Shown: positions 1 through 10,003 of the stretch, in pieces
How positions within the stretch are numbered: position 1 is the stretch's first letter
Layout of the letters: each line of letters opens with the position of its first letter
Assembly: GCA_965644495.1 (NCBI GenBank)
Contig: CBFFSA010000001.1
Coordinates: 2,976,001 to 3,040,000, forward strand
Reading direction: 5' to 3'
DNA length: 64,000 nt
DNA from: Perkinsela sp. CCAP 1560/9
Lineage: Eukaryota > Protista > Euglenozoa: Kinetoplastea
Program-made: the position numbers and the translations under genes
Notes under the pieces: model-generated
The model's database searches: none
Seen by the model: only the letters and a program-made list of their open reading frames with translations
What the model was told of the DNA's origin: nothing

Positions 1-991
1 CGACGGCCACCACACAGTTTGTCGGTTTCACCACCCACTCGTCAAACTGCTCCCAGGTAGAAATCTCTCTTGCGGGGTTTCTCAACACCTCCGCGACTGC
101 GGCTCGACGTTCCGCATCACTGCTCGGTCGCGGATCCGGCATCTCTGGGAACTCTTCCAGCAGGTTCACCAATTTTCGAAACGCTGTGGCGTCCCCCCAC
201 TGCTCCTGGGTCAGCGTCGTCAGTATCTCCCCCTCAGCCGAGAGCACCACCACAAACGCATTCTCCTCGACTCCACGAAACAACGACCCCTTCTCCTTCT
301 CTGCTCCCCCACCCTCGCACCTATAAAACCGTACCTGGGTACGAAACCGTGCCCCCAGCGCCGCCTGTCGCGGGGTCGTCTCATTATGAAAAAACACAAC
401 CCTTGGACCCTCCGCCTCCTGTATCTCGGTCTCCCCCCTCCCCTCCTTCACCACGTGCCGCAGACACATCTCCGTGGTATCCGCATACCGCGTCGGGGCA
501 TTCCGGATTAACCACCCCACCAGCCCCTCCACACTGAACCCGTGGGCCAGCGCCTGGGGGTAGGCGATCGGGTAACCATAGACCCCCGCCCCCGCGGGGA
601 GCCCCACGCGGTCCAGCAAGTGCCCAAACACCACCAGCTCGGGCCACGCGCTCACGCGCGCGAGCTCAGCCACCGCGGCGGCCTCCGGGGAGTCCACGGG
701 GAGGAACCCGACACGGACTAAACCCTTCGTGGCCTCGGCGACTGCGGTGAGGGCGGGACGGGTCGCGATGACCTCAGGGTCCCAGGGGAGACCGAACTGG
801 ACGAGCCAGTACTCCCCGTTGGAGAGAGCGTGGGTGAGGGCGGAGGGGGTGAGTTCGGTGATGAGGGAAGAGGGGGAAGAGCTAAGGTCCTCGGAGTCTG
901 TGGTATGGAGGAGGGGGAGAGGGGAGGGGGAGAGGGGAGGGGTGAGGGGGAGGAGGAGGAGAGTGGTGAGGAGGGTGGGGAGGAGTTGCAT
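1..991 (-). CDS. Protein disulfide isomerase-like thioredoxin-fold protein with signal peptide, lacking CXXC (3'-partial; absent from the ORF track because it runs off the window)
   Basis: Manual translation from the ATG at 991 is open to position 2. It reads MQLLPTLLTTLLLLPL (signal peptide) then GEYWLVQFGLPWDPEVIATRPALTAVAEATKGLVRVGFLPVD...VSAWPELVVF, which matches the PDI a-domain pattern WLVEFYAPWCGHC...KG.V.VG.VD...FPT. Confidence 0.7.
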   Translation of the reverse strand, partial: MQLLPTLLTTLLLLPLTPPLSPSPLPLLHTTDSEDLSSSPSSLITELTPSALTHALSNGEYWLVQFGLPWDPEVIATRPALTAVAEATKGLVRVGFLPVDSPEAAAVAELARVSAWPELVVFGHLLDRVGLPAGAGVYGYPIAYPQALAHGFSVEGLVGWLIRNAPTRYADTTEMCLRHVVKEGRGETEIQEAEGPRVVFFHNETTPRQAALGARFRTQVRFYRCEGGGAEKEKGSLFRGVEENAFVVVLSAEGEILTTLTQEQWGDATAFRKLVNLLEEFPEMPDPRPSSDAERRAAVAEVLRNPAREISTWEQFDEWVVKPTNCVVAV

Positions 992-1430
992 GGGGGGGTG
1001 GGTGGAGGTTAGGGGTGTGGAGATAGGGTGAAGAGATAAAGAAGAGGGGGTTTGGTGTGTGTAGGGAGTGGGTAGGGGCACCTAGTGGATAGGATTCTAA
1101 ACTATCATGGGGTATAAATTATATTACGGTGGTTGTATAACTACCGCTCTACCCTTGATTATAGAAAAAAAGTGAACAAACAGTGAAAATATAAGAGTAA
1201 CACAGGAAAGTACTTTTCCAAAATTAACTCCTCCACGTATTTTGAGAGTTTGGAACCTCAGCTACCACTCTACGACGTTTTTTTGTTCAGATTTACTTCC
1301 TACCCGTACTGGTAAGGCATCAAAAACGGTCTAAAGTTTGGCTAAAATTTCGCTTTTTTGACCTACAAATTGGTCTTTTTCACCAAAAAAAATGGGATGA
1401 ATGCATGATCTTTTCGCAATACCTCTTTTT

Positions 1431-1529
1431 TAGTCGCTTCGTTAAACGCGGAGGTAGTTTTCAGCGCGAAGCGCGCAGCAGTGGTGCCTTCTAAGTTGAA
1501 CACAACCACCGCATTTAAAGAATCGATTA
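1431..1529. mobile_element. ~100-bp MITE family A (other copies at 7563-7661 and 11425-11498, opposite orientation)
   Basis: Imperfect TIRs TAGTCGCTTCGTTAAACGCGG / CCGCATTTAAAGAATCGATTA. Three copies share the core GAAAACTACCTCCGCG. Confidence 0.7.
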
Positions 1530-1632
1530 AAGAAGAATTGAAAAAAAAGTGAACAAAAACAGTGAATTTTCTCAGGATTTATGAATACTTCTCATTCATA
1601 AACAAAAAGGAGTCCTCGAAATTTAAGATATA

Positions 1633-1715
1633 CTATCCCCCTCCTATTTCCATGTACCGCCCCTCTAAAAGGGCATTTTTCCAAAAATCGGTGTCCTGTT
1701 AAATAGGGGGGATAG
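1633..1715. mobile_element. TA-flanked MITE (Tc1/mariner/pogo type)
   Basis: TA|CTATCCCCCTCCTATTT ... AAATAGGGGGGATAG|TA. The terminus matches the element at 61434-61582. Confidence 0.65.
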
Positions 1716-2593
1716 TAATTAATTTTCTGTCACCTTGCACGAAGAATAGTGACAGACAACTAGGGGGGGTACAGTAATACAGATAGCTTGCGAGAGAATT
1801 GGATTCCGACCCTCAAGCTGGTAGAATGAAGCACAAAATTATTTTGTGATTTTCTATTTTAAATAGAAGCGAGCGGAAGAAAAGTTAACGAATACAAAAA
1901 CGGTACGAAACCAAAGAATGGGGCTACGCTTCAACCCACCTCCAGCACGCGAGTGTCAGTTGAAAATCTTGCCGAGTGGATATCCACATCACATCAATTG
2001 GGGGAATGGGGCGATCATTTTATCAACATTGGCACTTTCTCATATGGAATCACTATTCGAAATCACTATTGGGCGGCTGCGGGCCCACCGGCTGAAAGTG
2101 TCCAGAAACTCTTACTCTAGGACGATGAGGATAAGTACGGCCAGCTAATGACGGAAGAGCGCTTGGTGCAGCATCTAGTTCCCGTGCGGCCAAGTCGTCA
2201 AGGTCAACGCCGTATATGTTTGAACTGTCGGCAACCTGGGCTCTTCCGAGCCAACTGCCCTAGTTTGAAGCAGGGTTTTCGTCGTGACAGGCGGCACAGC
2301 AAACGCGAATGCGTTTCACGACGGCAAAAGGAGTTCCGAAAATAGAGACTCTCCCGTCCCTCAAACCGTTCGTGCCGTCTCAGGAAAAATGCCCGGTAAA
2401 TTCGAACAACTCTTCCGACATTCTCTCGCGTCAGTCATGCAAAAGTCGGGAGGTGCGAACAAGGTGGATGCAGTGATCACAGGGTTGTCGATCTTCAGCG
2501 CGAAACTGCAAGAACCTGAACTCTTTCGACGAAAATGCGCAGAAGAGGAAAAGGGCTGTGCGCGAGGCGATGTTGTGCGCGGTCCTGAAAGGG

Positions 2594-4053
2594 TGGATTA
2601 TCACATCCAGTGCACCAAGTTATCACATCCAGTGCACCAAAAGTTTTTAGATTATCATATCCAGTGCACCAAAAGTATATTTTTACAATTTCAATTTACA
2701 TATTCAACTTACTTAGATATTCAATTTAGACATTTCTATTACTCGATTTTTTTCCTTCCTTCGTCATGATAAAGAATACGGCTCAGTGAAGGAGAGAGGC
2801 GCACTATACAAGAGATGTTCGAGGCGGGAGCTACGCGACGTGAGATCGGCCCGACTATCGGAAAATCACATAGCACCGTTAGCCGTGAGTTGGCCCGAAA
2901 CAAAAAACGGAGTCGGCGGTACGAAGCCAGCCGTGCTCAGAGAGCATCCAAGAGACGCTTGGAAAGCAAGCCGGTGCGCCCTCGCATGATCTCTGGGCCC
3001 GTGGAGCGCCACATCAAGAAGCTCTTAGGGCAGCTTCACAGTCCAGAACAGGTTGCCAACACTTTAGTTGCTGGGGCGCAAGCTTCGCCGTCTGTGGCTA
3101 CTATTTGTCGCCACGTGGCACGTGATAAGCACGTAGGTGGGAAACTGTACAAATCTCTTCGGATTCGTGGTCGGCGCCCTTATAGGCGTCGATCCAACCG
3201 CGGCAGATCAACGATCCCCAACAGAGTCCCCACCCGACTTCGCCCTCAGATAGTCAACAAGAGGCGTCGGTATGGGGATTGGGAAGCAGACCTCGTGGAA
3301 CGGCATAATCACTCAGGATACATTTTGACCTTGTGTGAGCGGAAGAGCCGATTCCTCGTTCTGCGTGTTCTACGATCGAAGCATGCCGAAGAAGTGGCGA
3401 ATCAAATCATCAAGGGATTAAGAAAGTACAAAACTTTTACTATCACTTATGACAATGGAACGGAATTTACAAAGCATGAAAGATTGAATGAAAAGCTGGG
3501 CTGTAAATCCTTTTTCTGTGTCCCGTATCACTCGTGGGAAAAGGGGACGGTGGAAATTTCAAATGGTTTTATTCGCCAATATCACAAGGCGAGTGAGTCG
3601 TTTGAGACACTGAGCCTCAAAGAGGTGAACAAGACAGCCAAGAAGTTAAACAAACGGCCCAGAAAGGTTTTGCGGTGGGAATGTCCCAAGAATTTTGAAA
3701 GTCTACTCACCAAGACTTGACGTGTGAAGTTTTGTAAGCGCAATAAAGGGTGTTATTGTAAATAAGTAGAAAGTGTATTTCCGGTAGATCTAAATAAAAC
3801 AATACTGTTGTATTCCTCACCAAGACTCATTACATTGGGTTTTCTAGACCTTTTCGGCAAAAACAAATTGGGGGGCAAAAGGCTCCATTGAAAAATATAC
3901 CAATCATTGTATCATCGTACTAGGTTCATTTTTTTAAATATTCTTGGTGCACTGGATATGAGAAAATGTTTGACACCTGGAACGGGATGTAATTTTCGCG
4001 TTTTTGGTGCACTGGATATGCGAAAATGTTGGTGCACTGGATATGATAATTCA
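2594..4053 (+). mobile_element. IS30-family DNA transposon, 1460 bp, 2-bp GG target duplication
   Basis: Terminal inverted repeats are TGGATTATCACATCCAGTGCACCAA and TTGGTGCACTGGATATGATAATTCA. GG flanks both ends (2592-93, 4054-55). The core ATCCAGTGCACCAA occurs three times at each end. Confidence 0.9.
2815..3720 (+). CDS. IS30-family DDE transposase
   Basis: HTH REIGPTIGKSHSTVSRELARN, SPEQVA, and catalytic motifs GDWEADLV, TITYDNGTEF and PYHSWEKGTVE.SNGFIRQY, plus LNKRPRKVL. All are IS30 hallmarks. Confidence 0.92.
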   Translation: MFEAGATRREIGPTIGKSHSTVSRELARNKKRSRRYEASRAQRASKRRLESKPVRPRMISGPVERHIKKLLGQLHSPEQVANTLVAGAQASPSVATICRHVARDKHVGGKLYKSLRIRGRRPYRRRSNRGRSTIPNRVPTRLRPQIVNKRRRYGDWEADLVERHNHSGYILTLCERKSRFLVLRVLRSKHAEEVANQIIKGLRKYKTFTITYDNGTEFTKHERLNEKLGCKSFFCVPYHSWEKGTVEISNGFIRQYHKASESFETLSLKEVNKTAKKLNKRPRKVLRWECPKNFESLLTKT

Positions 4054-4875
4054 GGCTTCCGTCAACTAAGCTGGTTTACTTGTGGAAATGTCGACAGTGC
4101 TCGCGCTTTCCTGGTGGGAGACAACCCCACTAAAGTTGTAGTCCAAGGCTCTGCAAGGGAAGGGCAGTCTCGAGCCACAACAACACGTGCAGCCGATGAA
4201 TCCGGGACACATTGCAAAGCCTCCGAGAAGTTTGGACACACCCGAAGCGATGACAGTTCCACTTTGTTGGAAAGGAGCGGCTTGCCCCGAGTTTTACATG
4301 CCTGTTGGCTGTAAAATTTGCACCTCCCGCAATAAGCTATAAGATCGCCAAGGCTTGGGCCTCAAAGTTGTGGCTATGTGCTAAGCGTAGGTTGGACCAA
4401 AAAAGAGTGTCAGAAGAGAGATGTCGTCTCTACGAAGGGTGGACAGTACGCCAAACGAAGCTGACACTTGTGGCAGCATTCGCAATGTGTCCCGCGTGCT
4501 TTTCATAATACAGTGAAGTTTTACTCTCGGAAAATAAATGTGATGAAGATTCCCTTTTGCTGGATGTTCAGAATTGCGGAAAGTGATCTAGCTTAAACAC
4601 TAAAACGGAAGTAGAAGTGATTATGCTCTAAAAGGAGTTTTCTATAATTATGGGAACAGGAGCAAGTTATGGTCCTGTTCACGTATAAATATTTCGATAT
4701 GAAATAATTTTGCACCCATACAGTAAAATTTACAGTTGTGAGAATGGTTAGTTGCAATATGCCGCGTAAAAGAGCACGTCTTTTTTTGTCAGAGATGTAC
4801 ATTTATGTGAGAGGGGTAACAATATGGAATTCGAAAGGGAACCCCACGTTACGAGGGTCTCAACGAAGGGGTCAT

Positions 4876-7137
4876 CTACGAAGGAGTATGTCGTTTTCTT
4901 TTCTGAAAAGCCGAAAAGTGTTTATTTGAATTAGGCTTCAGACGAACCCCGTTAAAAGACATCCATTCCTTAGCAAATTTTAAAGTGCATTGAGCTAGAA
5001 TCTGTAGGCAAACTTCTCTTTCTCGCTCCATTTCGCTCCCTTCAGTTTCCCCACGCGAAGCGATTCTTTGTGCAAGAATGTGCTTGCTCGAACTAGAGAG
5101 TACGGTTCGCACTTCGTGAAGGTCAACTGCTTCCATCAAAAGTATGCGTTCGCAGAAGGAGAGCGCAATCGAGTCGGAAATTTGGTGGCACAATCGAAGC
5201 ACTTCATTTGCTGTCTGTTGTAACAAGGACAATGCTGGACGAAACTTTCGCATCTCTTTGGAACGATCGCCTCCCGTTGCCGAGTTTCTATCTTTTGTAT
5301 TTCGTTGTGAGACACTTTCATCCTTTGGTAGGCTTCTTGAATGGGTATTACGACTGTCAAATCGCGTGCGTTTGTATGCGCGCTCACGAAGATTCTGGAG
5401 ACGAGTAATCATGGGTTCACGCAATCCTCTTTTCAGACCAACACGTTCGCATTCCTTTTCTAGAACTTGATCAGCCCATAGAGCATATACGGAGAGGCCT
5501 TTTTTGTTCTTGTTAACCTGACGTATGCAAGAATCTCTGTTGTAAATGTTGTCCGCGATCCTACTGCATGATGCAGTACAATTAGCATGATCATACATAT
5601 TTTCGTTTTCCATCGCTTCCATGTGTTCATGTTCCCATTCAACATCATTGGTAAAAAGTTCCGACTCACGTTTTTCGGACTGCTCCCGAGAAGCAAGAGT
5701 GCAAGAATTATCAAAAGAATTGGAATGATGTACCCCTTTGTTAGATATTATGAGCTCATGGTTTTCCTCGTCCCACTTTCTTTGTGGTGGAGAACTTACA
5801 AACTTCTGTGAAACAGTTTCCACAGGAAGTGCACCTTCTAGTGGTTGGTTCAAAGAGAACTCTTCAAAACACCTTAGGTTTGAACTCAATATCTGAGGAT
5901 CAAGGGGATTAAGAGATGGTGAATTTGAATGTTCTAAGAATTCTCTGTGTGCTTGGTGATTTTCCTTTTTGCTAGATAAATCAAAAGTGTAATCATCATT
6001 AAACTCTAGATCGGCAGGAAGAATCGAAGGGGTAACTATTGCATTATTAGACGGAGAAAGCGATGCTACTGATCCATTTCGTTGAGATTCACACAAATGC
6101 TCCCCAGTTTTGGGACGTATATCACATGGCTCACAGCTCAGTTCGCGTGTCTGAACTTGACTCGATACGGTTCTATCGAAAATCAATGTTGCTGTCGGGG
6201 ATTCATCTACGGCAGGAAAAGCTCTCATTACAATCCTGAAAGAATTATTCGTTCTGGACATCTGAACTCCACTCTTCAGCGCATTCTTGGGGTATCGGAG
6301 GGCATATTTTTCCTCATGAGATTGTAGCTCTTCTTTGCATCTTGAAAAGGCTTCTTTAGAGACTGTTGTAAATTTACGAACCGCCTCTTGAAGGGCCCCA
6401 TGCATTTCTTTTTCCGCGCTGTCCACAGCTGCTTGATAGGTTTCCACAATATTTTCGTGTTTATTGTCAGCTTCATACACATATTCGCGCATTGTCATAT
6501 CGATACACAGTTCAGGAATTATGCCGCCACCTTGCGCTATCACGCACAATGGAGCATTTCGTTGTGGTGTTTGAGGTTCTCTCCAGAAGTCAGTCTCTCC
6601 AAGATCTTTGTACTGGCTTTGCCTCATGATATCGTTGTCTTCCGACAAAAATCGAGACTCATTCTGCAGATCAACTTCGCCATTTCTAGGTTCAGGGGGC
6701 AGAGAAATCTTTGTATCACTAGGAGACTTCGAAATCGGGGTTGAAGGATTAAGTGTGCGCGTCACAGGTTCTAGAATTCTTTCCTGTGTACTCATTTTTG
6801 ATTTTTCAGGTGTTTGTAAATTTAATTGCGCAATTGCAAGTCGTAGTTTGCGTCGATCACGTGAGGCCCGAAGTCCTAAAGAGCTATGCATGGTTGGTGT
6901 GATGCTGGCACACAGACCCTGAGTGGTTAATCTGCACTCTTGGAACGCGTCATGATATTTTAGAAGATCGTGGGTTTCTAACCACAATTTCAAATCGAAG
7001 GCAGAATGTTGAGAGGACATGTCTTTCTCGTTCTCTATGTCTTGATTTCTGAAGCCTTGCATAAAATTCGCGCTGCTAGAAGGCTCCGGCTTTACAGCTG
7101 AATAAGCATGCTGGTTCACAAAGCTTTCAAAACTCAT
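4876..7137 (-). CDS. SAM-domain protein with C-terminal SAP and SLX4-like CCD (putative SLX4 scaffold)
   Basis: First ATG at 7137. SAM: WLETHDLLKYHDAFQECRL...SLGL...DRRKLRLAI. SAP-like: Y..WADQVLEKECERVGLKRGLREPMITRLQNL. C-terminus: ERILLMEAVDLHEVRTVL...KEWMSFNGVRL. Confidence 0.6.
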   Translation of the reverse strand: MSFESFVNQHAYSAVKPEPSSSANFMQGFRNQDIENEKDMSSQHSAFDLKLWLETHDLLKYHDAFQECRLTTQGLCASITPTMHSSLGLRASRDRRKLRLAIAQLNLQTPEKSKMSTQERILEPVTRTLNPSTPISKSPSDTKISLPPEPRNGEVDLQNESRFLSEDNDIMRQSQYKDLGETDFWREPQTPQRNAPLCVIAQGGGIIPELCIDMTMREYVYEADNKHENIVETYQAAVDSAEKEMHGALQEAVRKFTTVSKEAFSRCKEELQSHEEKYALRYPKNALKSGVQMSRTNNSFRIVMRAFPAVDESPTATLIFDRTVSSQVQTRELSCEPCDIRPKTGEHLCESQRNGSVASLSPSNNAIVTPSILPADLEFNDDYTFDLSSKKENHQAHREFLEHSNSPSLNPLDPQILSSNLRCFEEFSLNQPLEGALPVETVSQKFVSSPPQRKWDEENHELIISNKGVHHSNSFDNSCTLASREQSEKRESELFTNDVEWEHEHMEAMENENMYDHANCTASCSRIADNIYNRDSCIRQVNKNKKGLSVYALWADQVLEKECERVGLKRGLREPMITRLQNLRERAYKRTRFDSRNTHSRSLPKDESVSQRNTKDRNSATGGDRSKEMRKFRPALSLLQQTANEVLRLCHQISDSIALSFCERILLMEAVDLHEVRTVLSSSSKHILAQRIASRGETEGSEMEREREVCLQILAQCTLKFAKEWMSFNGVRLKPNSNKHFSAFQKRKRHTPS

Positions 7138-8022
7138 TGTGCGGTAGCGATGGCGGCAAAGCAGGTCCTCCGCCGGGAGTGGTGAAGGGGCACATGGGGA
7201 ATATATTTTTGGAGAAAAAATCAACAAGGTACATTATCAACAAGGTATAAAAGCATTCGATGTACTATTGCAGTGCGCGCTTGAACGGATCGCTTCAAGT
7301 TCAACTATTCTGGCAAAGTCCGGGAAGCAAAGTTTTTAAAGGCTCAAGGAAGTTACAAGAAACATCGTCTGAAAGAACGCCAGAATCAGTGCTATAGCGA
7401 AAGTCGAAAGTTTGTCCCGATCAGAAAAGGAAATTGGGGGCTCAAGAGTCACAAAAATACGACGCACTCACAACACAATTCTTCGAGAGGGATTTCCACC
7501 ACGGAAAAGAGGAAATACACGTCGATCATCCATAAACCGAAATCTTGTTGAAACACTAATTTTAGGCTCTTCGTTAAACGCGGTGGTTCTTTGAAGCTTA
7601 GAAGTTACCCATGCTGCGCGCTTCGTGTTGAAAACTACCTCCGCGTCTAACGAAGAGCCTAAAAAAATTGGCTACCAAAGCGGAAGAAACCAGAAGGATT
7701 TGACCCAAAAATAACAGAGCTTCGGATAAAAATGGGAGCATTTTTGCGTATTTTTGCTCTCAGAGCACTAAATCCGATATATGCGTGTGGGATCACTCGT
7801 AGGCATGAATGAAAGCCTATCGAACGGAATGGGTAGAAAATGCGATTCTAACCACACCATTCTTCAGACACAAAAAGGTCCCTTTGGGTACGCAAATCAC
7901 TTTTTCGCATTTTTTAGTCAAAATTGGGACATTTTGGGAGGCATTTCACGGCTCCAAGAAGGCGTATCTTGCGAAAACAACGGCGTGGAAAGCTAGTAGA
8001 GCTCCCAAACTCTCAAAATGTA

Positions 8023-8607
8023 CCGTAGACCCCCCCAGTAACAGAGATTTGGCCATTTTTGGGCTGACCCCCAGTAACAGAGATTTGGCCCGGGAGGGTG
8101 GTTGGAGGGGGGAGGGGGTGTTTGGGTGGGTGGGGGTCGCTGGGCTGGGTGAGGGTGGTTGCGCGGGAGCGAAGTAGTTGCAGGGTTGTCTGGGCAGAAA
8201 ATTAATGCACACATGAACAAAAAAAGTGTTTTCCCACTAAAAAAGCATACCCCCCCAGTAACAGAGATTTGGCTGTTTGGGTCCAAAATAGATTCTATTA
8301 CTGGGGTATACGGTAGAATCGATTATGGACCAAAATGACCAAATCCTTGTTACTGGGCGGTATACTTTTTGGGTAGGAAAAGGCCTTTTTTGTTCATAAG
8401 TGCGTTGCTTTTTTGTCCAACCAACCCCACAACTACGCCATTCGCTCCCGCGCATCTACCCTCACCCCGTGCAGCAATCCCCACCCGCCCAAACACCCCC
8501 TCCCCTCTCCAACCACCCTCCCGAGACAAATCCTTGTTACTGGGGGTCAGCCGAAAAAGGGTAAAATCCTTGTTACTGGGGGAGTCCATTACTGGGGGGG
8601 TCTGCAG
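8023..8607. mobile_element. Two diverged ~290-bp MITE copies in inverted arrangement (8023-8313 and ~8325-8607)
   Basis: Copy 1 is TA|CCGTAGACCCCCCCAGTAA...TTACTGGGGTATACGG|TA with internal repeats CCCAGTAACAGAGATTTGG. Copy 2 is the reverse-complement homolog ending GGGTCTGCAG|TA. Confidence 0.75.
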
Positions 8608-8692
8608 TAATAGGGGAAACGATTTTGAAAAAATATATTTTTTGACATCTTTTTCGCGGTTGGATTTTTTTCGAAAATGTTTTCCCGAAATA

Positions 8693-9023
8693 CTCCCCGT
8701 CATTAATAATGATAATCATAAAAAAAATTATCATTCTATGTTGTGAAGACTCTTAAAAAATTATCACCTTATTTTCACGCACGCAGGGTTTTCTTACAAA
8801 AAATTTTGTGTCTTAAAAAAAACGTTTTTTGAACTAAAGAACTACTGGGAAGGTTTCAAAAACGGCCCAAATTCGGGTTATGATTTCGCATTTTTGGCCT
8901 GAAAATCGTGTTTGTTTGTCGAGAACTATGTACTCCCCCTGCCATTAATAATGATAATGATAATAACAATAATTTCAAAAAAATAACATTCTTGAGGATT
9001 ATCATTATTAATGACAGGGGGAG
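8693..9023. mobile_element. TA-flanked MITE with duplicated left TIR (inner unit 8933-9023)
   Basis: TA|CTCCCC(CT)GYCATTAATAATGATAAT at 8693 and 8933; ATTATCATTATTAATGACAGGGGGAG|TA ending at 9023. Confidence 0.65.
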
Positions 9024-10003
9024 TAATCCGGACTTAGCAGACCCGTCTTCTGCGCATGTTACACTAGGGAACGAAGTACGCAGCTCTCCCTGCGAGATAG
9101 TATGCAGACTTTTTTCTAAATTTTTTGTATTGCGGAGATCGACTCGCCGAGACTATCAACTCTCCAGGCCGAACTAAAAAAACCGTCTTCTGTCCAGCCT
9201 CACGTGAAAACTTCACAAGTTTTGTTCCCTCCAAGATAAATTTAGCGCAGCCACAGACAAGCACATCTCCAGAGTTCAGAACTCCGGTATAAAGTAGGGG
9301 AGGGATTCAGAACTTGCTTAGAAAAACGCGGAGCTATAACCAAGCTCTTTGCCGAGGTGTACAAGGGGAATACGGTGCTCGAAGAGGTCCAGGACTGGCA
9401 AAACGCCAGTCCCTCGAGTCCCTATAAATTCGAAGGGGTCCTAAAGCCAGGTCATTCGACTTTTTTCGGATGATGGGGCGTAGCGACCCCAGCTTCCCGA
9501 GCTAACTCACCCGGCGTCGCATAACAATACGCTAGATATCTATGGTGAGTACGATCAGGATCTCCTAGAAAATGGCCGGCACTAGTAAATCAAAGCTCTA
9601 AATAACTACGCCAGTGCAGGACATCAGCTTTCCCAACAGAACGAGGGATTGCTGATGATAGAGTGCTGTCCCCACTCTCCAAAGGCACTCGGCGGCTCTC
9701 TAAAGGTACTCGGCGGGGAGATTCTTATTGACCATGTCCACCGGCAACGGTGTGAATTGTCCCAGCCCGCTTCAAAAGAGTACCAGGATCGACGTAGCCC
9801 CACATCCCTCGTACGACAAATGGGGTTTATTACAGTATGCAGAGTTACAGTATATGAGGTTGATGAGTGAGACCCCAGCGTAATAAAGACCCTAAGATCG
9901 CTACATGTATTGATCTTACTCATACAGTAAGCTTGGTTTGTAAGCTTCTTTTCTTCCCGAAAGATCAAGAATAATTAAATTTTCTTTACTTTTCCTGCTT
10001 CGC

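Larger units (their letters stand above)
2148..4260 (+). pseudogene. Degenerate gag-like retroelement remnant with CCHC zinc knuckles, interrupted by the IS30 element
   Basis: Decayed CX2CX4HX4C motifs lie on both sides of the IS30: CLNCRQPGLFRANC (~2217-2258) and CKASEKFGHTRSDD (~4213-4254). Removing the IS30 joins LCAVLKG|LPS in one frame. Confidence 0.4.
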
